Assembly: GCF_031769215.1 (NCBI RefSeq)
Contig: NW_026782299.1
Span: forward strand, 3,906,001 to 3,970,000
DNA length: 64,000 bases
Origin: Ylistrum balloti
Lineage: Eukaryota
Reading direction: 5' to 3'
Shown here: positions 23,819-38,490 of the stretch, piece after piece
Layout of the letters: every line of letters begins with the position of its first letter
Numbering within the stretch: the stretch's first letter is position 1
The notes under the pieces: model-generated
The model's database searches: none
What the model was told of the DNA's origin: nothing
The model's input: only the letters and a program-made list of their open reading frames with translations
Program-made: the position numbers and the translations under genes

Positions 23819-26800
23819 CTACAGTATTAACTTGCCAATGATAATTCCTATCACAAGTGCAGCAATAAGGTAGACAACTGGGGGAAGGTTCAGGGCCTGA
23901 GCTTGGGAGGACGATGACACTGGAGCAGGGGCTGGAGTAGACTTCACCGTGTCCGAAATCGCAACCTTCCGTAGGCGTACCTCATTTTCCTGTGGAAACA
24001 ACATTTGCTATATTACCACAGAAATTTCATATCAAACAGTAAACAGAAGAAATATTTGACAATGTGATTAGATTACTGTAGACTCAAAACATGAACTCAC
24101 CTTTAGAGAACTAACTTCATCCCGAAGACTCTGTACCTCCTTTTCCAATCTATGTTTATCTTCCAGAGATTTTCGTAACTCTGCATCTTGACTTGTTGCC
24201 TGTAATCAATGCCCCATAAAATATTTTGAGGATACATTATGTACATAAACTATATACATGTATATATACATAAAAATGTAGTCAAGAAATGGACCACTTT
24301 AGTTTTGATCAAAAAAAAGTTCAAAACATGTTAAAATTTCCAAGAAATAATAACCTCTAAATCTGACTGTACAGCATCAATATCTGTTCCCTTCAGATCA
24401 TTCAGGAAAAGTGTCAGCAACATCACAATTAAGAAATGCATGCCAGACTCAGCCAAACTTAACAGTGATAGACAGATGCAGTGTTTTTTACATTGATTTT
24501 ACAGTAGCCTATGCCTTATTTAATTGGGAAAATAATGTAGGATTTTCAGAAAAATTGGGAAAATATTTTTGAATTTTGTTCTCATTTTAAGAAAATAACA
24601 CCAATTTTGACAGCCTTTTCTACTGTAAAATAGGGCTGAAAAAATCTCTGAGATGGGCAAAAGGCAACATTTTATGCTTCTGACCACTATGTGACTTACA
24701 AAAAGCAATGATTTTTACATCGAAAGCTAAAGGTCAAATGAGGTAAAGATGATCATAAGATGAAAAGGAACATGAACTGGTAGTTAATTGCCATAGACCA
24801 AGTGTTGTGTGTATGATGGACCGATAAGCCATAAGTAGCCATGTGCTACACACAGATGACTTTCTACTGTGTAGGTGTGGACAGATTTTGTCATTAGACA
24901 TGCTGATGTTTTGACAAATTTTAGATTTGTGACAAGGAATGACTTTTCCCTTCCTTTACAATTGAAGGGACTAAAGAATCCCTTCGACTCAATCGCAATT
25001 TCAACTAAAATTACAAATATATATAGAAAGAAAAAAATCAGGCCTTTGAAATTATTTCGACTCGAACAGAATTTTAACTCAAGTGATTTTGAGACAACAA
25101 GTTTCAATGGTTTTATAGATTAAGCAGGACTATAAAAACCAGACACTTTCTCAACATGATATTTTCAGAGTTGGTGTAAAAATGTAGATGTTCTCAAGTT
25201 CAATATACAATTAAAAATACCAAGTAGCTGTAACCGTCTTGGATAAAATGTATTATGTATAGATTACTTTGGTTGGTGGAGAGCTCTCTAGCTGAACTTG
25301 TTTAACAGGTTTTGTTGGCTTCTCTTCAGATTCTTTATTCACCTGTAAAGGAAATTTTAGTGTATAATGTTCCAAGACATAACAAAATGTGTGTCTGATT
25401 ACAGTAAGGTCATTCAAGTTCTTTTAAAAGACATTTTTCAGCTACCATCAAGAAAAAAAATCAAGCATGTTAGTAAATACTTTATATCTCACAAGTTAAT
25501 TATTTCCATCAAATTACCAGACCTAGATCACACTAGACATATTGTACAAATTTACTGATACTGAAAGTGACTACATTTTATTCAAATCATGTAAATAGTG
25601 AGACATCATCATGAATACAAATTAGCTATTCATAACATGGATTCCATATTTCATGGTTCAGTGACTGAAAGAAAAATCATTCGACCATGTAATGGAGGAA
25701 GTATTTTTCAGTACTCCAGTACACTTTATCAAAAGACAACTCAACTACTTGTCATACATGACACAATGATATTTAAGACCTATTTTAATGAATGTATAAA
25801 GATCAGTTATCAACTTACACCTGATGAGGGAGAAATGTGACTGTTGTCAACCGGCAGTTCAAACACACACTTCAATTTAGAGTCCATTAGATTTTCTGGA
25901 GTAACCTCCTTCCACTGTTGAATAAAAACAAACATTTCATAAGGTGAAACAATAGTATTTTACATAATGAAACTGTTTATGAAAGTAAGAAAAGAACCCC
26001 TTAAAGTTTCTTTTGACCTATTAAAGTGTGCATTTCTGGCATGTTTATAAAGCTATAGATGAAATATTATAAAAAAAAAAAAAAAAAAAAAGGAAGGGCC
26101 TTGGAAACAGGACAAACCTATCACACAACTAATGAAATTCCAGAAAGACTTGCTCAGTACTGCTTTAGAATAAATAGTAAGTGGATTAATCACTCAATCT
26201 AAATTAAATTGGCCAAAACCAACATTCTCAGACAATTGCTGTAATTTTAAGCCTATGTAAGACCAAATATCCAAAATTGTAGACAAAAAAGAGCACACAA
26301 ATAAAATTTGGCTACTGAGAGATCTTTTTGAGAAAAAAAAAACCCAAAAAAACAAAGCATCAAAACAATTCAATAGTACTGTTTCACATTTACTTCTCAT
26401 CATTGATCATATTGCATATAAACATGGACACCTTCTCAACAATAATTTGTAAATTTATAAATTAATATCAGCACTGCATCTGGGATTCCAAATAAAAGTA
26501 TTTTTGTATGAAATACTTAGATTTTTTTTCCAAGCCACCAAACCATAACCAGTTACCCATATGTTATAAGTGTATGTTATAAGTGTTTCTAAAGTGTTAC
26601 ATAGTTTTGATTGATGCTCCTGGATTTTAACTGATGGCACTCTTGGATACTCACACTTCAGACAACATATGAAATTCAATAGGTTATCTGTTTTGTTTTG
26701 TACAAAAATAGATAATGCCACTATGGTAGTTAGTCAATTTGAAATGCAAAGTGTCACCTACATCTAGACATCCAATATCTGGTGATAGCCCTTGAAAATC

Positions 26801-29800
26801 AATGGTGACAGCATTCTATAGGGTCATCAAGGAAAATGATTACAGCAACTGTATGTTCAGTGCCCGTAAAGTGTTGTGGTACTCAATCAATCCCTCCCAT
26901 TTGCGGACATTGTTGAAAGGGCGGTTATGTTTAATAACATAAATACAATGATTACTGTCTTTGGGTTTGTATTACTAATTGCAACACCATATATCTGTAT
27001 GTGGGTTATGTTCATGTCATGCTTGAACATTATTTTGACATTATCAAATCCAAAAATTGATTTCAAAGTTTTTAAACATCGATCAAAAAGAATGAATTAT
27101 CAGGCGATTCCATCATTTTTTACAATTTTAGAAGGTCATGATACGGCCAATATCAAGGTTGGCTATTAGGTGTGGCTTTTGAGGCCATAAAAGCTATCAC
27201 GATAGTAAAATTACCATTGTGATACTATCATGATGACAAGAAATAAGCCTTAGTTTTACAATAAATCTAGTATAATTCCTCTTTATTTCTATTTTGTTTT
27301 ATGTTTTAAAGGATGATTAATTATTTCAACAATCATATGATGATTTGGCTTTGACAATAAGTTTGACAAACTTCATACATTATTGATAGAGCCGTGTTGA
27401 AAAATATAGTATAGTTCTAGTAAAGGTAGGATAATACAGCTATTAAGCAAAGGAAGGTGCCTTTAATTGTAGTTTAATTGGGATCAGTTTTGGGACACTT
27501 TGTAATTAATTTTCATGCAACAAAAAATGCTGCCCTACCACTGTTTTTTGCCTTTTTATTGGGAACGATTTTTGAAATGCTGATACTTTCTGCCATGTTG
27601 TTTTTCGAAATGAATCATTTCAAGGATGGGTTTAAAACATGGACACGCATTTAAAGAAGTTGCCATCTCCCCTGCTATAGTTTATAGATTAATTAAATCA
27701 TACTGGAAACAATAACAATATAGCATTTTATTAAGATATAAACTCTCATTGATGTAACAACTTGTGGTTAAAGTTCAGTTTCCATTCTAAGCAAGTGATT
27801 GTGTCATTCTTGTATTTAGCACTACCCAGGTTGAGGTCCCTAAGACGCTTTCATAATAAATGAAGGCTTGCAGCAGTTTGGTTATAACTCAGAGAAATAT
27901 CTTGCACTATGAATCATGCATACCAGATCTTCTTGACTTTCTATGGGACCATCTGGTGCAAACAGGGTCTGTACCATAAACTTGTGTTTATTTCTTTCTG
28001 TTGGGTCATATTCAAAGGGTTGCAGCATAACTGAAATAAAAGTGTACACAATGTCAGTTTATCAGGATAGTTCAAAATTACTATTTCAACAAACTAGGAA
28101 AATACATCAATGACAATAAAGCAACAGAAATTTCCTGATGATTTATCCAATTTAATTACTTGTATTTAGAATTAAGTTATTTTCAAATTGTTATCAATTT
28201 ATCAGAGAGTTGAGTCAAACAACTATTCTTTACATAAATGCATTTTACAAACCTGCAACTGTGACTGATGCCCCTGGTTCAATGATTCCGCTATTAGGGC
28301 GTACACAATATCGTTTTGGTGCTGTTGTTTTCACTTTGAATAAAACTTTCCTTTCCTCTGGGTTACTCAGCTTCAAATTTGATGTAACCACATCAGTAAA
28401 AGGACCTGAAATAAAGTGAGAAACAAAATTTCTTTCATGAAATGTTAATTATTAAACAGCATTCATGACTATCGGCAAATGTGTTTGTATAACCACAGAA
28501 TTCATTTACAAAGATAAGTCAAAGTTGATGGGACCAAACAAAATATTTGACTTATCTGCCGGGTTCGACTCAGCCATGTTTCTATGAACGAAGACATCAT
28601 GCATTGAAGACTGACCTTATTTTATCGGTTGTTTACCGGATGCATGTCTCATAGCAAGGCATAACAGTAATGAATAAGTAATAAATGAATAAAAACATTT
28701 TATGATTTTATACACTAACAATATCTTTCATTTAAATAAACAGTTATATGTATATAAAACAAAAAATGTAATGTAAAATACTTGTCATTGACTTACAGCA
28801 CACACATGGATATGCACTCACTACCATACACAAAACTGAGTGAAATTGATATTTGAAGTAACACAAATATTGTAATCACATTTATATCCTTAAGAGTAAC
28901 AAGTCCCATCAACAATATTTCAAAATAAAACTCTATAAATACTTATATTTTACACAAACTGAGTATTTGACCTAACAGTGTTCGAATCAGCTGTGTTAAA
29001 ATTTCTAAGATAAAAAATACAAAAAAAAACAGGATGAACAAAACATTTTAAGATGTGATGCTAACACCAATGCCAGAGTGATTAAATTAGTCTCCTATTT
29101 TTCAAATAGGCAAGCTAAAAATCATTCATGAGTTATATAATGGCTCAAAGACTAAACATATAAAAAAAAATGCCTTTACATTCATAGTTATCACCATAGC
29201 AAGCATGCTCTTGTCAAAGTAACCCTCTTGATTATTGGTACAGTAAATGAACAGCAGCTGGCCAATTTTTTTCACTATTTATCACATAAATTTTACATTT
29301 CCACTATTTATCATAAACATTTTACAAAGATAATTTGAATTTGAAAATAGTAGAAAACTATATGAAAAACTAAATTTCTACTGAATAAATATAATGCACT
29401 ATAGAATGACTGCTGGGCACTTAGTTAAAAGAACATTATTGTAAAAGCTACATGTTCCATGTTTGGTTACAATATTGTATTCAAAATGATTCCATTGATG
29501 TTAAACCCAAATGTGGCAAAAATTCTGGCTAAGCCTTCAGTTGGAGGGTGGTTTTAAAGAAACCAGTGACAATTGATACTAATTTTTAGATGTCAACTTC
29601 CAATCAGGAGTAGCAATAATGTTAAATGAAGGGACAAATAGACAGCCAGACAATTCACATCATAATCTAGATCTTTGACCAGTAGAGTCAAGTGTTACTA
29701 TCATCACTTTTCAGTTAAAGGAATATTTATAATAAGCACATGTTAGGATTTCAAATGTTCCATTGTTTCTTACAGAAATTTCACGAAAGTATTCATGTTC

Positions 29801-30930
29801 TTATAGAAAGTGCATATGTCTCAAGTTGCCATATAAACATATATGCAATATTCAAGTTTTGCTTTATGTTAGTCCAACATGGGGAAGTTTCTGTGTATAT
29901 CTTAAAATTGACAAGAAAAATACCCCAGCTGAAATTAAGAATGAACAGAGTACAGACCTGTGACTTTGATCCAGTAATTGATCGGTTTTGGTTTGGATTC
30001 CAAATATGCTAGATTTAGATAGTCTAATTTTATTTTGGCAAAGGGTATTTCCATCATATTTGCCTGTCCAGATGCAAGTTCAGATAAACTGGGAAATACT
30101 TTTTTGTTTGTATTAGTATCTGTTATCAGAAAGGGAGAAGCTATTTTTTCCAAAGTACACAACTCCTTGCATGTAACTTATGTAAGTACTGTAAGAGCAA
30201 GTCTTGGTAATCTGGACAATACATGTGTTTTAACACAAACAACTGATAAGTACACATATATATACATATGAAGTTTTGTCGTGTTGTGAACATGAACATG
30301 TTGATTGGGTTGCTTGATATAATGCATTTGCCATGTACTTGACAGGTACAATAATCTTAAATTGTACTGTAAACAAATATGACTCATCATCAATGACCAC
30401 TCATTTACTCAGGGGTTACAACAATGTGTAGATGACATATAAGACTTGGGAGTCTGTGCTCTTAGTACTGTTAGTTTGTAGTTGCTAATAATAATCTATA
30501 AAGTTGTTATAGTAAACTCCCGAGTGAAATATGTGCCATATCGGTCAATATCAATAACCGACATAACAGACTGCTTACTATTGGTATAGGAATTATACAT
30601 ATTAAATGCATATTGTTTTGGGGTTATCATCATCGAAGACATTTTACATCTCATTGCTGTTAACCACTGTTAAAATTACTACATCCATACATGTTTCAGA
30701 ATTATAAAATTTCTTGGGGATATATAGGCTACACGAAACCAATGAATCGTGCAACTTTCGGAATCGATTTTACAGGATAACCCTGGATGACGAAAATGTT
30801 GTCGGAAAGTTCGCGATTTTGAGCGAGTGCACCATGGGTGTGGACTGAAATATTTCATCATGACTAGCACCATACCTCTGAACCTCAACTCATTTGAAGG
30901 TTCTAGATGTAGAACTTGTTGTCTTGCCAT
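23819..30930 (-). CDS. VAPA: VAMP-associated protein A/B (MSP domain, coiled coil, C-terminal TM), 251 aa. Exons 30930-30876, 28405-28253, 28030-27924, 25914-25819, 25342-25268, 24199-24101, 23989-23819
   Basis: 756-nt phase-consistent CDS: [34 protein letters not shown]...[20 protein letters not shown]...NKHKFMVQ...MDSKLKCVF...[16 protein letters not shown]. It carries the hallmark VAP motif [18 protein letters not shown]; invertebrate co-ortholog of VAPA/VAPB. Confidence 0.97.
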
Positions 30931-31351
30931 CTCTGTATGTACAGAGCTTGTGAAATTTGGGGAAGATCGCTGGTTTTAACCTATGTCACGTCTGCCAGAC
31001 AGCTTCGTGTACTGCGCATGCGTATACATAAGTCGGATGTGCGAAACCGAGACGGTTGTGTCAAAATATCGAATTAGTGAAACGAACCATTTTCTTGCAA
31101 ATAAAGAAAATTGCTGTAATTTCAGACAATATTTCGTTATAAGATAAAAGACATGAAATTATTGTATGTGAATAACATCATACTCTCTTCCAAAATATCA
31201 AATTACTCATAAAAAGAAACCCAAGATTAGATTTTATAAAAAAATAATCTGTATCCAGAACACGCTTGCATCGGATAGGGATTGTTTTGACAATGATGTA
31301 AACATTGAATAGTTCTACAGAAAAAGTGTTTGGACTGGTTTACTTGAGGCA
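30931..31351. promoter_or_regulatory. Bidirectional promoter VAP/CFAP418 with an NRF1-type site TGCGCATGCG (31013-31022)
   Basis: Divergent ATGs at 30930 and 31352; CpG-containing core with gtcacgtc and actgcgcatgcg. Confidence 0.75.
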
Positions 31352-34300
31352 ATGGCAGACGATATAGATGATCTTCTTGATGAAGTGGAGACTAAATACT
31401 GTTCGAGGGATAAACAGAAAAATAGAAAATTGAACAGAAATAGGTAATCATTATATCGTACTCCAAGATGATCTCTTCGATTTAGCTTATTAGAATAATT
31501 TGTCAGCTACTCAACTGTTGAGCCCATATATGCAAAAGTTAATTATTTATCTGTTCGGCGTTTTATATAAAAATAAATCACCCCATTCCATAAAGTATGA
31601 TTAGAAATAGAACAGTTTAGGTGTTTCCATCTTTTCTTTCAGTACCAGAGACGTGTTCGCGTAACGAAGGGGTTAGGGGGTTACATGGTTGGGTTTATCC
31701 ATACTCCTATAACATAAGAGGCCACTGGTCGGACGTTTTATTATCTGACATTATTATTACAAGGCGCCTTTCACGAATACCCCGCCGTGTGAATACTCTA
31801 ACATTATCCCCATCTCTAGTGAGTCTTGGCCCTGAACCCTGACCATCCATTCTGATCTATCAGAGGGATTTCCCTTTGTTTCACCAGAAAGTGTCACCAT
31901 CCAGTATACAGTTTAGTCCTGATTGCGATTGGTCGGGCTTGTTCCCTGGGCTGAATACACCTAATGTGTTGCTCAGCTTTATGGACCTGTGCAGTTTCCA
32001 TTTTGATAATGAAATAGAAGGGTTCACAAGATCTAATGCTTTTCAAAAAACTAGAATTTGTTTGTTATATTAGTAAGTGCACTCTTGATATAAGTGTTTT
32101 GCTCTAAAACCAGACTACTGGATATCTGTAATTAAACTATGATCACACAAAAAGTCATAGAAATGGACATGTATATGTTTTTTTCTTAACATTTCGATGA
32201 AAGAGGCAATAACTGATATAGACCCTCAATTACATAAAAACTCTATTGTTTTACCCTTTTTAAAAAGAGGGCTAAATTTTCACACACTTCTTAGCTGCAT
32301 GGTAGCAGTTTGTATAAATGAAAACATGTAGCAGTTTGCAAATAATTGGAGCAATAGGGTTAGATTAATACTTCAAGAATTTGGCACTAATGTAAAAATG
32401 GAAATTTATGAAATAAAAACTTCTCATTTTATCGTCCATTCAATTTAGACTGCATGTAGTTGATAAATCTGATTGCTTTTTTGACATTTTCATGTGTTCC
32501 TTGTGATTGATTTATTTTTTTGTAAATTTTTTTTCTAAGAAGATAGTGATGTTATTGAAGATGATAAAGCTGGAGGAAGGGAGAGATGTGTTCAAGAAGG
32601 AATGTAATTTAGGAGGTGATTAGGGCAGGTTTATTTTGTGTTACATGCAATAACAAGTAATAGAAGGAAAGAAAAAGGTGGGACCATGGTGTGTTATCAT
32701 GCCATGTGTTTGAATAGGAAGGTATGACACTCCTGAGGGTGGATAGGATTAATGACCACTATATGAGTTTGAAAGAGGTTGATTTGGAATTAACTTAAGT
32801 GGTCACTTTAAATGATTTCAATGTTGTTGTTGAATACTACACCTTTTAAAAACGATGTGTAAAATGAAACATCATGAATAATTTGCTAAAGACTATTAAA
32901 GTGAGAAAACTATGAACTTTGAGAGATAACTTGACTTGTAAAAGTGCTTTGTTTCAGATAAAAACATTAAAAGAAATGAATAGTAGGAAATACAACAAAT
33001 AAAGAGATCTTAAATGTATATATACACTGTATAACCTCAGATTTAGATAAACAAGTTTGTTTGCAAATGTATAGCAGTAATTTTGATGTTACATTTGATA
33101 TTGACATAAATGATTTTTTTTTCTTTTCTATTAATTCTGTTCTTTTTGTCATCAGCATTATTTTTTGTTTAGTATGTACTTATTCCTGTAAGTACGTACT
33201 AAAAGATAAAATAAAGAACTCATACAACTGTAAATACTGTATTGAAAACAAATTATTTGAAGTTGCCTACTGTTTGTAAACATATATGTACCTTCTCCTT
33301 GTCATCATATTATCAAGATGTTTCTGTAATGAAAGCATGCTGATCATTCTTCATTGCTATTCAAACACACTGTACACCTGTGTATCCAATATCAATAAAT
33401 ATCTTATGATATTTATTTTATTATACACCCACTTAGTCAAGGGGTTATATATAGTAATCATTTTATCTGTGCATGCATGCATCTGTGAATGTGTGCTGCC
33501 ATGATAATGTTTTGTACAAATATTTCATGAACTACCAAACAGATTTAGTTGATATATACACCATATCACCATACTAAAAAGGTCTACTACCTAATTAGAC
33601 TTGATGATCATTGGTCAAGGCTTAAGGTCACACATCATGCTTGACCATTTAGGAAATAAAATGCTTTTATACAAGATATCTCATGAGCCCCAGAACAGAT
33701 TTAGAGTAATTACAAATGATATGATAACAATGACATGATTTCACGATTCAGGGATAGGGGTTGGGGTCATATCTTTATGAGCCCCTGCTTACTTTGATTT
33801 TTTGATCCAGAGATGGGGTCATGTCTTTGTGAGCCCCTAATTACTTTAACTTCCTGATCTGGGGATTGGGTAATATCTTCATAAGCCCCTACTTGTGTTG
33901 GCTTCCTGATCCAGGAGTGAGTAGGTATATCTTTGGGAGCCCTTGCTAACTTTGGTTTCCTGATCCATGGATGATGGTATATCTTCATGTACGTGAGCCC
34001 GAGTTACATTGAGTTCCTGATCCAGGAGTGGGTGGTATATTTACATGAGCCCGAGTTACATTGAGTTCCTGATCCAGGAGTGGGTGGTATATCTACATGA
34101 GGCCCTTCTTACTTTGACTTCCTGATCCAGGGTTTAGGGGGTAGGGGTATATCTTTGTGAGCCCTTGCTTACTTTGACTTCCTGATCCAGGGTTTAGGGG
34201 GAAGGGGTATATCTTTGTGAGCCCTTGCTTACTTTGACTTCCTGATCCAGGGTTTAGGGGGAAGGGGTATATCTTTGTGAGCCCTTGCTTACTTTGACTT

Positions 34301-37300
34301 CCTGATCACAGGGTAAGGGCTCCTGCTTACTTTGACTCCCTGATCCAGGGGTTGGGTTATATCTACATGAGCTCCTGCTTACATTTACTTCCTGATCACA
34401 GGGTAAGGGCTCCTGCTTACTTTGTCATCATCCGTCCATCTGTCTGTCCATCTTTCCATCAGTCCTTTTATTTTCTGAGCACAACTTTGCCCACAGTTAA
34501 GCAAGGATCATGAAACTTGTTGTATACACTGTACACTGGTCATTCTAAGGAAATGTGCAGTGTACCAAATTCAGGACCTGTGACCCATCAGTTGCAGAGT
34601 TAGTGACATTTGTTGAAATTTTGTGTCCTGAGCATCAATTTAAAACGCTTGTATTTGAACTAGGATAATGAAACTTGATGTTTACATTGATCACACAAAG
34701 ACAATGTGCAGTGTACCAAATTCAGGGCATATGACCTGGCAGTTTTAGAGTTATCTCCCTTTGTTAAAATTTTGTGTCCAGAGCATAACATTGCTTTCAT
34801 TCATTAAATTAGGATATTGAAAATTGCTGTGTAAATCGGTCCTACTAAGAGGATTTACAGTGTAACAAATTCATTGCCTGAAACCCCTTAATTACAGAAT
34901 TATTGACCCTTGTTTAAATTTTGTGTCCAATAAAATTGTTTTTGGTGAACATTCAACACTTTCACTGATACTCCTACCATTTTTTCCAGAAAATCAACAG
35001 ATGATGACTTGGATGATATTTTGAATGATATCACAGTGGATCCTGATTTCAAACCAGTGGTAAGTAAAAACCTGTGGGCCAATCAAGAAAAGAGATTAAA
35101 GGGAGTCGACAAACACATTGTGATGAACCAACACCCCATCCCTTCCAACACTTAAATCATATTAATTATAACTCAGTTTTTCTGGAGCCCATCTATTTAT
35201 TGCCAAAGGCTATCTCAGTGCTCATCGTTCATATTTATCTGGTATACATTAAATGATTTGTTAATTTAAGTGATTTCATGTACCACATCATCTAAGATAT
35301 ATATTACCGGTATGTGTGTATATAATTCAACTTCTAGAAGATATTGTGTATTGTCCAGATATGTAATATATAATGACTTTATTACTGTAATAGAGTAATC
35401 ACCTGCAGAGAGTCAACTGGCTGGAAAACATTACCTAAACAAATATATAGTCTTGTTGATATTGCATACAATAGAAATTTGCATTAACTGTGAAAGTTAA
35501 ATTTCTGGTAGCAGTATAAATATATTGGTTTGGCAGGCATGTATATGATATGAAAGAAGCTTTGATTTCAAAGTCAGCTTAGAATGATATATATATATAT
35601 ATAGACAATAATGTATTCTCAGTTGTTCTTTAAATATTTTTTTCAGAAATCAAGTGAGATTAAATCAAGCAATCGAACTGTACCCCGTCCAGAATCTGCC
35701 CGAAAGTAAGTCATATATTTCAGGTCTTTAGTGAATACATTCATTTTATCATGTATTGTCAAAAACTCTTATTGTGGTATTAATGAAATTAGGTGCATGC
35801 AAAGTTAGGATTCTTTGTACATGTATTGTCAGAAAAAATGCTTCATTAAACCCCTGGCTTAGTTTGCCATACGTAGAATAAAATTTGTCAGAGTTTGATG
35901 TTCTCAAGAAACCTCCTTTTCAGGGGATATAATAATATAGATACTACTTAACTGATATGTAACTCCATGTTTTGTAGGTGTTTTCCATTGTACTTGGGAG
36001 GCTCTGCTAGCTCTCTAGGAATAGCCAATTCTTTGACTCCAAGGTAAGTCCAAAATGCACAGATACTATCTTATGTCTATACTTATAGTGAAACGTAGTT
36101 CATCAATTTTCCGATGCTTCACATTTGGGTATTATTTACTGTTAGTTTAATTCAGTATTTAGAATGAATTTGCATATTCAGTATCCTAGCTAGGATTTGA
36201 AAAAGCTACATGTAGGGTACTGACTGCAAAAAGGTGTGTTGTTATGTGATATCTAACTTGTTTTTGTCTTTTTTTTTTTGACGTTTGATTTTTATTTGGT
36301 ATTTCATACTTTTTACTATCAATTATGATGTAGTATCATTCATTCTTGTCATAACCAGGTTTGATATCCAAATGTGTATTTTAAGCATTTTAAGAGAACC
36401 AGACTGCTAGTTCAAATAAATCTGAGGAAACATATCACTTGCTTATTAACATCTTGCTTATTTACATTTTTATTGGATGTGGAAATTTAGATATATCCAA
36501 AAGACCATGACATCACATGAGTCTGCATTACAAGGACTTTTGAATTCTACTGTTCAAACATGAACTGAACATTTCCAAATCCAAATTTCCAAAACAAATT
36601 TTACGTTATCATTCTCTCAACAGTTCTTCTACTCTAGGTTCTGATGTGATTTTTAGCTCACCTGACCCAAAGGGCCAAGTGAGCTATAGGGAATCTTCCT
36701 ATAAATTGCATACAAGTCATGAACGACGGAACAGATTTTTTTTATTAAATTTGGTCTGAAGCATCCTTTGGGATAGAGGTACCAATTTTGTGTAAATGGT
36801 GGGTCTTGGTCCCATAGGGCCAGAGTGGTGAGGCTCAATAGGGAAAATCTATCAATTTCTTTAAAATCTATCTTGTCCTTTAAGAATTGCAGGATATTGT
36901 CAAAATTTAGTCAAGGAAAATTTTCAGGTGAAGGGAAATCAGTTTTGTATAAATGATGTGTCCTTGCCCTCTGGGGCAAGTGGACAGGGCACTGAAAGGA
37001 AAAAATTGTCAATTTCTTTATAATCTATCTGTTCCTTAAGATTTGCAGGATAATATCCAAAGTTTATCTTAAGTATGCTTAGGTGAAGGGAAATCAGTTT
37101 TGAATAAACCTTGTGTCTGATCCCTCAGGGGCCAGAGTGGTGGGGCCTTTGGTGGGTAAATGAACAAACTCCTTAAAATCCTTTTCCTGTAGGAATGATT
37201 GGATTTTGCCCATATTTGGTCTGAAGTATTCTTTGACAAAGAGTAATCAGAATTATATAAACTTTTGGTTTCAGCCCTTTAGAGGCATAGAAAGTACTTA

Positions 37301-38490
37301 TTTACTTCTCATGTCTGGTACGGGAGCCTTGGTATGGGACAGATTCAACTTTTCTAACAGGATTTTCAGTTGATAAAGGACAATTCAAATAAGCATACCA
37401 ATATTGAAGTTGAGCCCTGTCATCAATGAAATTCTTTAACACCTCTAGTATTCTCTTATCTGCCAGTCTTTCTTCTGCTGTCATATTCAGGTCATCGACA
37501 ACTGTTAAGAAATTAAAAATCATACTTTACAGCACCACTTGTGTTCATGGACAAGTTTCTACTTCATACATTTTATCAGAATTGATATCTGTTTATAGGT
37601 CCTGTGATAAAATGCGATGTACATCATGTGATTTTAAAATTGCCATTTTTGACAATTTTGAGTGGGATGCAACAACCGACTACCTTTTTCTTAGGAATAA
37701 TTGTCCAGACTTTCAAAGATTGAAATCAAAATTACGGTCCAAAAAAGGTAAGCACTAAATCTTTATTCTTATACAGATCTCAAGATCACAACTTCAAGTA
37801 TATAATAGCTACAGTATCTTAACAAGGGGTAATGCATGGCCACTCAAATTAACATCAAAACCCTTCCATTACATATAAAACTATGCAGCTCTTATGCTGA
37901 ACTATATTTAGTGAGTTACAGATATGTTACTTAATTATTGAGTTGTCACACAGTCCTTACTACAGTTTCTACACATGATGAATTTAGTTATACTGTATGC
38001 CCTGGTTGTTGAAAGCTTGGTTAGAGTTGACCAGTGGTGAATATCTAAGCAATATTGACTCTGAAAAAAGATTAGTGTGATTCGTCTCATTAACATTTAT
38101 AGCTGTGTAGAACTGTTATCACTGAATTTCAACTAATAGTCACAGAGAGAGAGACATGTCCTCTGACTGTCATGATCAGACTCATAGGCTATTTTGCATT
38201 TATTTGTGTGGCTAGTAAAACATGATTTTGCTTGATAACTAGCCTTGAACAAAGCGTTTTGAGACCTGTATTAATATCTACACATTAATCGCCCCCCACC
38301 CCCAAAAGTGTAGAAGAAAGAAGTTTTGCAGAGTTATGTTACTATTTATCAAGAATCACATCATTTTAGAGATGACTTCTGTTTTCTTACAGGTTGTCGA
38401 GCCTATTGTTGCCAGTGTTCTCATCGCTCAAACACCACATTAGAAAAACTGACTGACCCAAATCTGAAGTGGGTGTGTGGGAAACATTGA
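31352..38490 (+). CDS. CFAP418: CFAP418 / C8orf37 homolog, 177 aa. Exons 31352-31443, 34990-35059, 35647-35705, 35978-36043, 37599-37747, 38393-38490
   Basis: 534-nt phase-consistent CDS: MADDIDDLLDEVETKYC...DDDLDDILNDI...KCFPLYLGGS...RSCDKMRCTSCDFKIAIFDNFEWDATTDYLFLRNNCPDFQRLKSKL...GCRAYCCQCS...KWVCGKH*. These motifs are typical of C8orf37. Confidence 0.95.
33740..34430. repeat. Intronic 52-60-bp tandem repeat, about 13 units, including three near-identical 60-bp G-rich units
   Basis: tatatctttgtgagcccttgcttactttgacttcctgatccagggtttagggggaagggg, period 60 at 34141/34201/34261. Confidence 0.9.
34425..34930 (-). mobile_element. Helentron-type remnant with a 150-bp internal tandem array
   Basis: ccgtccatctgtctgtcc microsatellite followed by aatgtgcagtgtaccaaattcagg at ~34553, ~34703 and (diverged) ~34853. 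Confidence 0.55.
36650..37290 (-). mobile_element. Helentron-type non-autonomous element with ~156-bp internal units
   Basis: Terminal hairpin tttttagctcac-ctgacccaaagggccaa-gtgagcta; recurring caatttctttaaaatc and aggtgaagggaaatcagttttg modules. Confidence 0.7.

Noticed and set aside
35070-35238. Minus-strand RWAPEKLSYN*Y...GVL resembling kinase subdomains VIII-IX
   Set aside because: Four stops in about 56 codons, phase incompatible with the 37399 exon, and no HRD/DFG found; likely pattern-matching on noise.
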